Origin: Oscarella lobularis
Taxonomy: Eukaryota
Assembly: GCF_947507565.1 (NCBI RefSeq)
Contig: NC_089176.1
Span: 4,076,882 to 4,122,402, forward strand
Direction of reading: 5' to 3'
Length of the DNA stretch: 45,521 bases
Shown here: positions 10,394-23,400 of the stretch, one piece after another
How positions within the stretch are numbered: position 1 is the first letter of the stretch
Layout: every line of letters begins with the position of its first letter
Program-made: the position numbers and the translations under genes
The notes under the pieces: generated by a model
The model's input: only the letters and a program-made list of their open reading frames with translations
Told to the model about the DNA's origin: nothing
The model's database searches: none

Positions 10394-13300
10394 CATGGCG
10401 TCGCAAAAAGAAGACTCTCCTGCCAGAAGAGGGTCTACGCCATCTTCATCTTCGACGCGTGACGAGTTTCTTGACGACAATTTAGAGCAAGAAAATTCCT
10501 CTTGCAGCTTTCGTTATGGTAGAGAGGAGTTAGCAGGTAAATAATCGCTAAAAGAGTGGATGAAAACCGTACTAGTAACTACGCTCACTTTATAGAAGAC
10601 CTACTTCTCGATTTGGCGAAGAAAATTGTTTCTTTTTGGCCAAATTTGGCAATCAGGCTGAAGTTGGAGAGAAGTGATATCGATGCTATCGAACTCGATG
10701 TAGAGAAAGTTCAAAACCGAGCGTTCAAAATGCTGATGACATGGAAAGAGCAGGTCTACGAAAAGGCAAATGCTTTCAGTCTTTGCCAAGCTTTGCTTGA
10801 GGAGAAAAGACGGGACATTGCTTTGGAGATTTTTGGAAAAGACTTGGTTAGGAACGTCGAAAGTTCCGCAGAAGGTGATACAGTATTAAATCAGGCTGCC
10901 TTACAATGATGTCTGTTTCTCTTACAGCCGCAAAGAGTGCAAAGGGCTCCCTGCTGTCTTTGGATAATTCAGGAATTGAGAAGGGAGAGAAAAAAATTCT
11001 GGAAGAAAGCTTGCCGCCTCAGTCAAGCTTTAAGCCAACGTTGGGAAGTGAGTCTAGTGGAAAATGTCTTTTGAATCATCACAGTCTTCCTCTCTTGCCG
11101 GAATCGTTTTGCGGGAGAGATGACGTTATACGAGATGTCATTCGGTGTATTGAAGAAGACAAAATTCCTCTTTGCTGGCTTTGGGGGCCACCCGGATGCG
11201 GCACAAGCACTGTCGGAATTGCAGTTCTTCACAGGATACGTGACAGACGGGGAACGCCAAGCGCTGTAGCGGTAAAAGCTTCTCGGTTTTCGTTTCTTCA
11301 ACTGCAAGAACTTATTCGCTCACATTTACGGCAACTTTCTGAGCATGATCATTGTACGTTTCTCGTTGACGGATACGACGAGAATTTAGAGCACCACGAG
11401 AAGGATTTTCTCGTGGCAATTGAGGATTTTGTTCAAGAGCTGGGCAAGGAATTTACTGTGTTGGTGACTTCACATAAAAAGTCTTCTTGCTTTATTGGCG
11501 CATTGCGCGTTGAATCAATTGAAGTCAGCTGGCTTGGAGACGAAGAAGCAACGGAATTGTTGACTTGGCACTATACGGGAGGGAAGAAAGATAGGGTTTC
11601 TGATGACTCTATTCATAAATACCTGAAGCGTCTCGCTCTACGTTGTGATGGAATTCCTTTTGTCCTCAAAGCTGTTGGTTCAGCAGGATATGCAGCTTGT
11701 CATTCTCGTTCTGATCGCGTGTCTATGGAACGTTCAATACGTAACTCGCAGAGGGTTCTTCGCTTAGACAACGCTTTGTTTGAACGGTTTTGCAGCAGTT
11801 TTGATCCAGAAGGAGAAGGACTTGAGGCCTGCTTCAAGACGTGTCATGAACGTTTGCCAGAGGAACTAAAAGTCTTCATTCTGGGTCTGGCTATTATCTC
11901 GGATTCATTTTCTGCCGATTTTGGACGAAAAATTCTTGGTCTTAAACAAAAAGAAAGCGATAGGATTATGACTCGCTTAAAAGATCGGGGCTTGATTACT
12001 TCTTGTCAGCGCAAAAGGGGCCAAGGCTACCGTCAAAGCTACTGTATTCCACGATATTTACGCCAATACCTTATGGCTAAAAGCCAGTCAAGCACCGAAC
12101 AGTGTGTAGCTGCAGCGAGAGCAAGATACTTTGAAAAAATTCGAGAGGTTATCACACATATTTCTAAACGTCTTCGAGATAAAAGGCAGAGCGATGCTCT
12201 GCAGACTTTTACAGATCACAGAAGCAGAATACTTGGTTTTCTTCAGTTGCCCTCCAGCATTTTAGATTCGAAAGCCCATGAAGTTACTATGGCCATCTGC
12301 AAATCTGCTTACGTGAAAAATGTCTTGCTTGACTACGTATTAGTAGACACGCTTCGCCTGTTTTGCGAAACCAGCTTGGATCGTATTGCCAAATCGGACT
12401 CTAAAAGCAAACAGGACGAAGCTTATATTGCTATCTTTTTAGCGCAAATCGTATTAAAGCAGCAGCGGTACCGGCAAGGTGATCTAAAGAAAATAGATGG
12501 TATGCTGCAGGCCGTCGTAAAAGAAGGTACTTTACCGAAAGAGATTTTGCTTCAGCGCAAGATAGCGCAAGCTCAAATTTTAATGGCAAAGGGCGAGCAT
12601 TTTAACGCCGTCGATTTATTAGAAAGGAAGAAAAAGAAAGTGAGTTTATCAGCACTCGCTATTCTTGGAAAAGCGTCGTATCAGCTTGGTATTCGTAACG
12701 CGGCAGATTCGCAATCGGAAGAGGAATTTTGGAAGATTGTGCGTCCTCATTTTGAAGAAGCGAGAGAATGTTTTGCTAAATGCATTGAAAATTTAGCGAA
12801 GAACGATAGCCTGACATGTCTGTATACAATGTGGATTGGAGACTGCTGCTTCTTGATGCGAGAGTATGGCAAAGCGCTGAGAGCCTACGAAGAACTTCTA
12901 AAAGTAGAAGACAGTGTAAATTGGCCCAATACGGGAAGCGACTTTGTTAGCAGGAAGAGGACGCGAGTGTCAGCCACTTACTACGCGTTAGGGCTGTCTC
13001 ACCTACAACTTCACGTCAAGGAAGGAGGCTGGGATGCTAAAGATTTAGCTTTCTGTCTTGCTTCTTTAGATGCTTCAATACAAGGACTCGCTGCAGGGTT
13101 TCCCTACTCTTGCTTTCTTTCAGACGTTGTGTATCGGGCGAGAGGAATAGTGCTTTTGCTACTGGCTTTGAAGGAGCAGTGGAAGACTTCCTCCAACCAG
13201 CCAAACCGTCACGTTGTTGCCTACCTAAGCAAGGCTGTAGAGTCGTTCACGGAGATTTCTTGCAGAAATTCGGTTCTCACTAATGAACGAAAAGCTTTTC

Positions 13301-13929
13301 TTGACGTCGCGAATGCATATAAAGAAGGGCGAACGGTCTCTCCTGAAACCAAGCTCGTTTCAAAATCAGCGCGAATTTTATTGGACCTAACACCTGGCTC
13401 TGAAAAATCGAAGGTGAAGCTTCTTTTTGCCAAGTCTCTTTTGTATCTCGATATTGTTGAAAAAGACAGAAATCAAAGACTGGTGTCTCATGAAAAAGCT
13501 TTGTCTTATGAAAGAGCTTTTGATTCGGACTTGGATGCGTCTGATTCTGAAGACGATGATGACGATGACGATGATGACGATGAAGACGGTGACGGCGTTC
13601 CCGACTCCTCCTATGAACATCAAACAGCATATGCAGCAAGCCGTTTCCAAAGACGAAAAGTTATGAAAGGATTCGTAAATTGCTTTTTGCCATCTTGGAC
13701 AAATGAGACAATTCAATCACAGTCTAATGGAACTGGTCTCAATGAAACGCAAACATTGGCATCTGAGCTGATCACATCGTCTGTTGAGTGGGCAGATCTT
13801 ACGTACTCCGGTCTTCCCGGGCGTTCTTGTCCTGCGAGAGCTAAAAATTCTAGTGGCAACTACTCGTCATCCGATTTCACTACTCGGAAGTCCGCAAAGA
13901 CTGGTCCTCCTGTGATGGACCACTCTTGA
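10394..13929 (+). CDS. death domain - P-loop STAND NTPase (NACHT/NB-ARC-like, Walker-A Lys replaced by Thr) - TPR-like helical repeat protein; NLR-like/Apaf-like architecture
   Basis: Candidate exon 1 MASQKEDSPARRGS... (10394-~10536). DD exon 10556-10909 (...LDLAKKIVSFWPNLAIRLKLERSDIDAIELDVEKVQNRAFKMLMTWKEQ...CQALLEEKRRDIALEIFGKD). 1007-codon ORF 10906-13929 with LWGPPGCGTSTVGIAVL (Walker A, K->T), CTFLVDGYDE (Walker B), long helical C-terminus and acidic tract. DD/NTPase junction differs in frame and the splice is unresolved. Confidence 0.6.
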
Positions 13930-14039
13930 AGTGGCCTCTGTACACTCGGCTGCACTGGTATACACGTGAAATGTCTCAGCATACATACTATTCACTACGG
14001 AGACGCAAAGTTTATTTGCTGACTTTTTCGGCTACAGCA

Positions 14040-15330
14040 CGACAACTTTGACGGACCTTTTCGGCAGTATCAATGCCCCACATAGTCAAAAGTCCTTCGT
14101 ATCCACCGACTTCATATTCGTCAGGAGTTGCAAAATAGCCCATGTGATTATTGCTGTATCTGGAGAGAAGCGATTGAAGGAGAGATTGTTATTCTTGAGA
14201 AATCTGTACCCTGCAAGAAGAGTATTCGTGAATCCCAATTTGAGCGAGTCATTTCGAATATTCCACCCAAGCTCAAGCAGCGCTTCTCCTGGAACGGTCA
14301 CCATGAGAGTATGGTTTCCACCGATACTAGAAAGGAAAGGAAATCAGTCTCTGTTTGGATTGAAAATTTATTACCTTATATTCAATGCAGTGAACGTTGG
14401 AGACTCTTCAATCCAGGCAGAATCCAAGTGAAGGTTAACATCACAGCGAAGCTGATTGGGGAGAAAAGACGCGTGGCTGGCTATTTGTCATCGCTCTGCC
14501 TACTCACCACCCTGCAGAGAGAACAGATGTCGAGTGGACCGCCCTGCGTACAATTTGCGACACGGGCTAGAGTCAAATTCCCCTGCGTCTCTCCAAAATC
14601 GACTACAGTGGAAGCGGAAACGAGTCCGACGTCGTCCGACGTCACCGGCGTATCGTCGCGCAGCCGTTGAACGGCAGACGCAATAACGGGCGCTCCGGCA
14701 TAATTGGGTTTGCCGGCACACGCAGATCCAGCTAAAAACGACAAACAAATTCGTCTAGAGACAGCTATAGTCGTCTTATTGACCGACCGGGAGCAATGTC
14801 TCCAGCGTCGGCATTGATGAACATGGCGACGCTTTGATGACCGACAGCCGTCTCGATGGCGTCGCATGCACCACCCATGATGTCGCCGTTGGAAAGCATT
14901 TGATCGGGTCCCCAGCACGTTCCATGAATGGCAAAGTTCCACACTTAATAAATAAATAAATAGAGAGAGAAGGCGGTAGGCGAAGCGTTTGAAGATTGTA
15001 TCTTGAAGCGTACCTGTCGCCAAAGGGGTTCCATCCGACGATCGATCGACACGTATGACGCCCAAATGAGGATCAATTGAACCGACTTGCACGTACGGAC
15101 TGATGTCGGCTCGTCGATTTTCCGTCACTCCGACCAGTTGACCAAAATCTATAAAAGTCAATATTTGTCATCGTCTAACATCTGGCGGCGGACGAGCGAG
15201 AGACGGACTAATTCCCATTTTGGCTGGTTGGAGATTGGCTTGCGCCTGAAGCATTGCGTCGGCGAGAGACGATGCAAGCATGTCTTGAAGCTCTGCAAGA
15301 GCAAGGCAATGAAATTAGCGTCCGTTTGAT
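14040..15330 (-). CDS. unidentified multi-exon gene (minus strand); exons encode ...LQDMLASSLADAMLQAQANLQPAKMGI / DFGQLVGVTENRRADISPYVQVGSIDPHLGVIRVDRSSDGTPLAT / GNFAIHGTCWGPDQMLSNGDIMGGACDAIETAVGHQSVAMFINADAGDIAPG / AGSACAGKPNYAGAPVIASAVQRL...
   Basis: Consecutive open segments on the minus strand joined by plausible GT/AG sites (e.g. acceptor cttttatag|attttggtcaactgg at ~15128, donor after ...PLAT at ~15008). Product not recognised with confidence. Confidence 0.3.
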
Positions 15331-16349
15331 TGTTTACGCTTCGATCGTTTGCTGGCCACTACCGGCTTCGATGGGCGGCCGGTGGCGGAATGGACTACCT
15401 ACCTGGAACAAGGATATCAGTAGCCGGCGCAAGAGACCAGAGGAGTTCAGGCGTCACGGCGCCTGGTCCGCTATGAGTGTGCGATCCGTGGACGGTGAAG
15501 CGATCGAACGGCACGGTGAAACCGCGCGCCGCCGCCTTTTCCCAGGCGAGTTTTCGCAACGTGCCGTCAGCGCCTAGCAGCCTCCGTCACGTACGGTATA
15601 CGTATGGAAAAGTGCGGTCACAATGTTATACCAATTGCGTCAACCGTAAGAAAACAGAAGGTCGTATTGCCATTATCGAGAAGGAGCGCTTTTGCCCACG
15701 TCGTTTGCAGGTGGCCCACACTCGGAGTCATAAACTGCAGACAGGTATCTTTTAGTAGGTCTGCGATTCCCCCCGCCCACCCCATCATATGCAATAAGAG
15801 CTTACATTTGTATACTGCTTTGGATCGGGTAGAGGCCAGTATTTGACTCTTCTCTCTCCATGGTTATAGCCTAGCAGAGGACGTACATATAGCCAGTGTC
15901 TGTTGCGTGTGCGCATATTCATTGAACATCCTATTGACTCACCTGCCAGTGGAACGCCGACAGGAAGAGTTGCTGTAAGGAAAAAATTCGATAAGTGTCG
16001 CGCGGTATCCGATAGGGGCAAGTTATTCAATATTCACTCTAGCCGAGAGGCGTGTTTACGTAACGGCTTGCGAGGCGGGGTTTGCAGAGGATAAAAGGGC
16101 TCGCGCTCGGACACGAACGAACGAAAGGTCAACTTTGTTTGGGTTCCCCCGGCGACTGACCGTTGACTTTGGCCACGCCAGCACGTAGGGTGCCTGCAGT
16201 CGCAGCTGTAAGAGACAAGAGGAAGAAGACGAAGAAGGAGAACATTGGCCTCCGAGGAGGGGTGGAGTCGCAGACAAGAGAAGAGAGGACTATCCGGGTG
16301 CACACGCCCCTCCCCCTCGATAAGGCTTCTTCCCTCGCGTTCGTTCTCG

Positions 16350-19300
16350 ATGGCGAGGACGCTGCCTCAATGCGGCGTTCTACGATTGACTCTTCTCTTT
16401 GCCGCGCTCGTCGTCGTCGTTCAGGTCGTCGTTTTAGTTCGCTTCTCGTCGTCGTACGATGACGTTGACAATTCGAAAGGAGCGATTGGGGCTCCCAACG
16501 GGGAAACGCGAACGTCGATCCCTGCTGTGGTCTCTCGTACGAGCGACAGAGTCACAGAGGTAAGTTGCGTAGAGACGACGAGGAGAGAGAAGGACTTATT
16601 TACGTAGAAGCCGCATTTTGTCGACGATCGTCGCAAAGAAGAAGAAAGTCGGAAGCCGGAACGTATTAATGTCGACTCTCGCATCACAAAAGAAATGCCA
16701 GTGAACGTTCTTGTTCCTTCAGACAACGATGACGACGAGGAGGAGAAGGAAGAGGAGAAGAAAGAGGAGAAAGAGGATGCAGAGGTGAGTTGGAGCGAAC
16801 CGACAACGAGTCCATGCGACATCGAATGGCCCGACGCTCAATCGGCACTCAATCGAGCGCGTAGCGATCAATGCAAAGCGGAGCTACGACGCGTCACTTG
16901 TCTCGCTCAACGTAATCTTCTTTACGATGTCAATTTGAAGAAGAGTTGTCCTTCTTTGCCAACCGCCGCCGCCGCCGGCGCTGGCGGCGCTGGCGCGATT
17001 CAAAAAGAGCAACGTGTCGTCGATTGGAAAGATCTACGAATCGTTTATCTGATGGTTGTACATGGTCGTGCATTTCGACAGTTTCGTCGACTTTTCAAAG
17101 CGATTTATAATCGACAGCATTACTATTACATTCACGTCGATTCGGTGAGAAAAAGAAAAAGAGAGAGGAGAATCTACATATGCACGTATACGTAGAGGGT
17201 GACCATCTGGTCAGTCCGTCCTACTTGTGTCTAGTGCGAGGGTTTGAGACGTATAGATAGCTGAAAAGTGCGTCTAGGCAAACATCAGACCGACTCGATA
17301 TCCTCATCTTTTACCCCTCTTTTCTCAATTCCATTAGCGACAAGGGCTTCCGCTTGCATGCCACAAACGTTTCCCTTTCCTATAACAATAATATCTTTTC
17401 TTGGGGGCTAGAGATCCGACTATTTGCATCGAAAGATTGAGGAGTTGGCCTATGATTATTCGAACGTCGTTTTGTCGTCGTGGCGATTGGCTTCGATTTG
17501 GGGCGGAGCTAGTCTTCTACAAGTTTTGCTTCGTTCCATCGACGATCTCATACAACGACGTGACTGGGAGTGGGATTTCGTAATTAATTTAAGCGAAAGC
17601 GACTATCCTATTAAGTAAATGGCCTCGCACAAGACGACGCGTGTTTCATATTTTTATTGAGTATTTATAGAACGGAAGAAGCGTTGATGAAGTATCTCGC
17701 CCAACGTCGTGGGAAGAATTTTCTGAAGCCACACGGAGGCAATGCCATGAGGTGAGGCGGATGTGATTGGGGAAATATCCCTTCCCTAGGGGCGTGATTG
17801 TGATCCATCCATCATCGATTATTAGATTTATTAAGAAACAAGGTCTCGATCGAACGTTCGTGGAATGCGACAATCACATGTGGCGAATAGGAAATCGCGT
17901 TGTTCCGCCTGATATTGACGTCGATGGGGGAAGCGATTGGATCTGTTTGAATCGCGAGTTTAGTGACTATCTCATCAATTCAAGAGACCATTTGCTCGTT
18001 GGACTCAAACAGATGTATAAGTATTCTTTACTTCCGGCTGAGGTGAGTGAGTAACAGTACTATTTATGAATAATCTACGTTTTTTTTTCTAGTCGTTTTT
18101 TCATACTGTTCTTCGCAATGGACCCATGTGTCATTCGTTTGAGAAGAATAATCTTCGCGTGACGAATTGGAATCGAAAATTGGGCTGTCGTTGTCAATAC
18201 AAACACATTGTCGATTGGTGTGGTTGTTCTCCTAACGATTTCAAGCCAGAGGATTTAGGTCGACTTCAGGTGAGGCACAAAAAAAAAAGAGAAGAGAAAT
18301 TAGAAAGCGCCATATTTCTTCTTTTCAGAATTCCCCTGATCGATTTTTTGCGCGAAAATTCGAAGCGGTCGTAAATCAGGAAATTATTAATCGACTCGAC
18401 TCGTGGCTCTTTGGGGAAATGCCTCCAGATACGCCCGGTATGGATACATACATCGAAAGTCTTTATCACGTAGACGATACACTGATAAAGCCGCCAGATT
18501 CACATATGACTTGTTGGCTTGCGTTCATGCGATTGGGCACAAGTCATTTAGGGCAAATATCAAAGCAACAGCAGCACGGGGGTGTCGGGGGTGGTGTATT
18601 AGGAGCAGATTCTGGCTCTAATCATCCCCATGGCAGCCCCTGTGCACTCGAACCCGTTGGAAAACCAATTGAAGTGAGCGTTTTTAAGGAAAAGGACGAT
18701 CTTCGCGGGCTTGTTGTGACGTTTGACGTCAGTCCCGTGGGAACGGGGGGACGGCAACGTTTAAAAGCGCAAACGTGGTTTGAACGAATTGCTGATCCGA
18801 CGACGTATTCGGCATTGAGAGGACCTTCAGCACGACTCACATTTTTAGGAGTAAGACCTACGTCTTTTCTGCTCTACGTCCTTTTGGTTTTTTTAGGTTG
18901 GATATCACTACGATGAAAAGGAGAGAATGTTTCGTAGTTTTGGAAATATTATCGGTCCCCATGACGACGTCGTCGTCGCTTGTCAATGGACCCAAGGAAT
19001 GGTTATCACTGTCAAATTCACGTGGTATGATCCACTTGGTCAAGTGGCAGCCGTTCAATCTCAATCTGTTCAAGCGACGTCCGTTGTCTCCTTTTATCGT
19101 CCTTCTCTCGATCGACCACTCAAACCGGGCGTTTGGCGAACTGTAGCTGAGTACGAAGGTGAGAAATTGGCGTCTACTGAATTCGTTATTATGCCCGTTT
19201 CCGTTCACAATGGCGTCGAGATGCGTGACATGGAATTGGCGGCGAAATTAAATGGCATTCCTAGTCATGCCGCCGCCGCCGCCGCCGCCAATAATGATCG

Positions 19301-19514
19301 CGTTCTTCGCGACGTTCCAGACGTGAATCGTTGGGTAGACGCCGTTGTTGGGAAGCATTGGCGATTGCAAGGCTTTTGCTTGGAAACGGCGCCACCGCAA
19401 GACGAATGCGGTTCATCGGCCGTTTCTCTTTGCTCTTCGGAATATTGGAGTACAGCTTATCCTGATCCCAAATCGGAATTGGGTCCTATAGGAAAAAATG
19501 GTCGCATCCGGTAG
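16350..19514 (+). CDS. XYLT: protein xylosyltransferase (XYLT1/2 / oxt / sqv-6 family, GT14 core), type II membrane protein, multi-exon
   Basis: Exon 1 16350-16559 ([24 protein letters not shown]... signal anchor; donor gag|gtaagt). 48-bp intron. Exon 2 16608-17144 (...[36 protein letters not shown]|gtgag). Further exons ~17412-17605 ([23 protein letters not shown]...[15 protein letters not shown]), ~17655-17752, ~17782-18048 ([24 protein letters not shown]...DGGSDW), ~18100-18270 ([37 protein letters not shown]), ~18322-18850, ~18900-19514 (...[18 protein letters not shown]). Collinear with remembered human XYLT2 including the C-terminal DPKSELGP motif. Confidence 0.85.
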
Positions 19515-20342
19515 CACATAGACTTGGATTTTATTCTCTTACTAGCATGCCGTATTAGTTTGTTGGTGGTTGAGGTGGGCGATGGATGGCGGCGGCGCAG
19601 AGCTACTTTAGGAATTATGGTTGTAGACAGGAGGAAAAAAAGATGGAGTCAGTGTGTAGCACTACTACATGTAGATTATTATAGACTGACTGAAGCTGTC
19701 CGCCGCCGCCCGATTCTCTATCCCTACCATCGTACCTGATTGTTTTTTCTAGTAGAGAGATCAAATGTTTTCAAATAAATTATTGACTCTGTATTTCTTC
19801 GTACGGGGACCGCGCTCTTCGCCACGTCAGCGTTGACGTCACGGTACGGAAGCGTGTTTCGCTTCGTTCGCCGTCGAATAAGGGTATTTTAGACGCGAAA
19901 GTTTAGCTCTGCTATTGTTTGGTTTAGGATTGGCGAGATAGTGCGTCTTTTTTCGTCGCATATCGATTGTTGTCGCCGCTTCCGCCGCCATCTTTCAGTT
20001 TGTCTGATTAAATCAGCGCGTAGGGCGGTGCGTTACGTCTTACGTCGTTCGCGAGGACCGTCTCGGATCCTTAGAGCAAGCGTCGAGTGAAAAAGAAATG
20101 GAATAGACGAAGAAAAGCGAGCTACAATCAGTGTATCGTTTTTCCTTCGTTTTCTTCGTTTCTGACATCACTACGGACACGTGCACGAGCAATTTGAATC
20201 GTGGATTTCTATATTTGGACGGCGCGTTTCCGGGTAATGGCTATTGGGCGTCGATTGAGCGACTAGACAGTCGCAACTGCGCGATCCTCTTTCGTCGTCC
20301 AAGAGATGAGACACGACCCATGGCACACACATTCCCATTCAC

Positions 20343-20349
20343 TATAAAA
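20343..20349 (+). promoter_or_regulatory. TATA box (TATAAAA) ~55 bp upstream of the start codon of the cbEGF gene
   Basis: actataaaacgcagtcgctgagccgagacacatcacttc...ATG(20402). Confidence 0.35.
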
Positions 20350-20401
20350 CGCAGTCGCTGAGCCGAGACACATCACTTCTTCATTGTCCCTCATCACGAA
20401 G

Positions 20402-23400
20402 ATGCTCTCTCGTTTTCTCTTCTTTGCTTCGGCGGCTCTCATCGCCGTCACTTGGGCTACAAACAGAAGTACGCATCATCTCTTATACTTTGTTTTTTTT
20501 GGGGGGTTTTTTGACGCGTGCTGTGTTTCCCAGGCCCTGGATTTCCTTGTTTTGGGGCTCCCGTTGTTCGTAATCGGTACAGTTCAAAGTGGCAACAGTG
20601 TTCGGCTCGCGAAGCGTGTCCCTCTGGATCGTGGTGTCATCGCAGTCCTTTCACTTATTGGCCCAGTGTGTGCTGTCCAGGTAAGGAGACTAATAATGAA
20701 TTGATTTGATTAATTGATTTGATTTGATTGATTGTGTGCACTAAATAGGATGCAAATCGCCCGAAGGTGAAGTCGTTCCCGTTGGAGCTCGATATTCCAG
20801 GGGTCCCTGTGTCTCATGCCAATGTGGCTATGATAATAAGGCAAAGAAAGTCCGCGAAATCTGTTCGACTGTTTCCTGTCTGCGTCCTGTTTGCAACACG
20901 GCTCTCGTCACTCCGCCTGGACAATGTTGTCCTATCTGCCCCAAGGGTAAAAGAAGCTCATCTTACAAGTTGGTTTTTCATTTGAATATGTTTTCTTTTA
21001 GCCTGCACTCCCAACCCGTGTGAAAACGAGGGAAAATGTCTCGTCAATCCCCGAGATCCCAAGCAATTCACGTGTCAGTGTGTCGATGGATTTAAAGGAA
21101 GAAAGTGCGAGATCAGTAAGTCGTCTCTTTGTCTTCTTTCTGAGGTCTGATAACCGTCGTTCTACGTCTCTAGATATTGACGAATGCGCGAGCAATCCGT
21201 GCTTGAACGACGGAATGTGCGCTGACGGAGTCAACGGATTCATGTGCGAATGCGAAGACGGTTTCATGGGAGATTTTTGCGAGACAGACATTGACGAATG
21301 CGAGAGCGATCCGTGCTTGAATGGAGCCACGTGCGTCGACAAGCGAAACGCATTCGAGTGCCAATGCGCCGACGGTTTCGAAGGGGAGACGTGCGAAATA
21401 AGTAAGGAATTGAAAACGGCCGCGTGAATTTCTTTTATTTAATCGTTTTAGATATTGATGATTGTGCTGATGAGCCGTGTGAAAACGGTGGCACTTGCGT
21501 CGATCAGGTCGATTCTTTTGTCTGCAAATGTGCGCTTGGTTTTGAGGGAGACGAATGTGAAATTGGTAAGAGCGACGAAACAAGAAAAAGAAGAAGAATT
21601 CTTATTTTTATTTTTATTTTAGATATTGATGATTGTGCTGATGAGCCATGTCAGAATGGCGGAGCTTGCGTCGATCAGGTAAACGACTTTATGTGCAATT
21701 GTGCTGATGGATACGAAGGTGAAACGTGTGAAATTGGTACGTGCGTTAGTTAGACGTTTCTCCTGCTACAATACACTATTTTTTCCTCTTTCAGATATTG
21801 ATGAATGTGAGAGCGATCCTTGTCAGAACGGTGCCACGTGCATCGATCAAGAAAACGGCTTTGAGTGTCAATGTGCCGACGGTTATGAGGGCGATCTCTG
21901 TGAAATTGGTACAATGATAGAATCAATAGTCGTTGAACCCTCTAAACTGTTTATTTTTATGATCAGATATTGACGAGTGTGATGCGGAGCCCTGTCAGAA
22001 TAACGGCGTTTGCACCGATTTGGTGAACGGATTTGAGTGCGATTGCGCTGACGGTTACGAAGGAGACATGTGCGAAATTGGTAAACAATAGATAATAATT
22101 AATAATTAATAATTGAGTATTGCGTGTATGTAGATATTGATGAATGTGCCAGTGATCCGTGTCAGAATGATGGCACGTGCATTGACCAAGTCGCCGGCTT
22201 TGAATGCGAATGCGCTGACGGTTATGAAGGAGATGTCTGCGAAATCGGTAAAACTAATAAATAATTCAATAATAATCAAACTTACTACTACGGTATAGAC
22301 ATTGATGAATGCGAGAGCGATCCGTGTTTGAATGGTGCCACGTGCGTCGATCAGGTCAATGGATTCGAATGCCAATGCGCCGATGGTTACGAAGGAGAGA
22401 CGTGTGACGTTGGTAAGTTTTGCGTCATATTTTGATGGATAGTGGTGTGATTTTTGTATTGAAGATATTGATGAATGCGCGAGTGATCCGTGTGAAAACG
22501 ATGGCGTGTGCAAGGACGAAGTCAACGGCTTTGTGTGCGATTGTCAGGACGGATTTGAAGGCGATCAGTGTGAAATAAGTGAGAAAATAATAATGCCGCT
22601 TTATTTATATATGAGGTTACTGTTGTTAGACATTGATGAATGCGCAAGTCGTCCCTGTCAAAATGGAGCCAATTGCGTCGATCTCGTCAACGCGTTTGAA
22701 TGCGAATGCGAGGATGGATTTACGGGAGATTTGTGTGAAGTTGGTAAGAAGAAATTCAATAAATCAATAACTAGTGATCAATGGTGACGATAGATATTGA
22801 CGATTGTGCTGATGAACCGTGTCAGAACGGAGGCACGTGCGTTGATCAAGTGAACGGTTTCGTTTGCATGTGTGAAGACGGTTTCGAGGGAGACGTCTGT
22901 CAAACAGGTACCACCATGGACTCACTCTCTCTCTAATAAATCTGACGTGTGATTACAGATATTGATGAGTGCGATAGTGATCCGTGTTTGAATGGAGGAC
23001 AATGCTTCGACGAAGTCAACGGTTTCCGATGCGAGTGCGCTCCTGGATACGAAGGAGACGTCTGCGAAGAAGGTACCAGTAAAAAATTAAATAATCATAA
23101 ATAAATAATTAATTTTAGATATTGACGAATGCGCTTCGGATCCTTGCTTGAATGACGGTACTTGTGTCGATCGTATTGCCTCCTTCGAATGCCGATGTCG
23201 CCGAGGATTTGCTGGAGATTTGTGTGAAGAAGGTGACGCAATGATCCACGTGTGTCTCACTCAATCATTATTTTTTATTTTTTTGTTTTAGAAATTGACG
23301 AATGCGAATCGATCCCGTGTCAAAATGGTGCCAAGTGCGTCGATCAAGAAGGACGATTTGAATGTCGATGTCTTCCCGGCTATCAGGGAGATTTGTGCGA

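Noticed and set aside
13221-13716. Minus-strand ORFs inside the STAND gene (His/Arg-rich, poly-I/V)
   Set aside because: Antisense of the (GAC/GAT)n acidic-tract coding region of the 10906-13929 ORF; compositional artefact.
14040-15330. Calling the minus-strand gene neutral ceramidase or LamB/YcsF
   Set aside because: Pattern-level similarity only. Key family motifs (e.g. GTHTHSGP for ceramidase) are absent.
16421-16822. 133-aa Ser-rich minus-strand ORF
   Set aside because: Antisense to XYLT exon 1/2 and the GAG/GAA-rich acidic stretch; no independent support.
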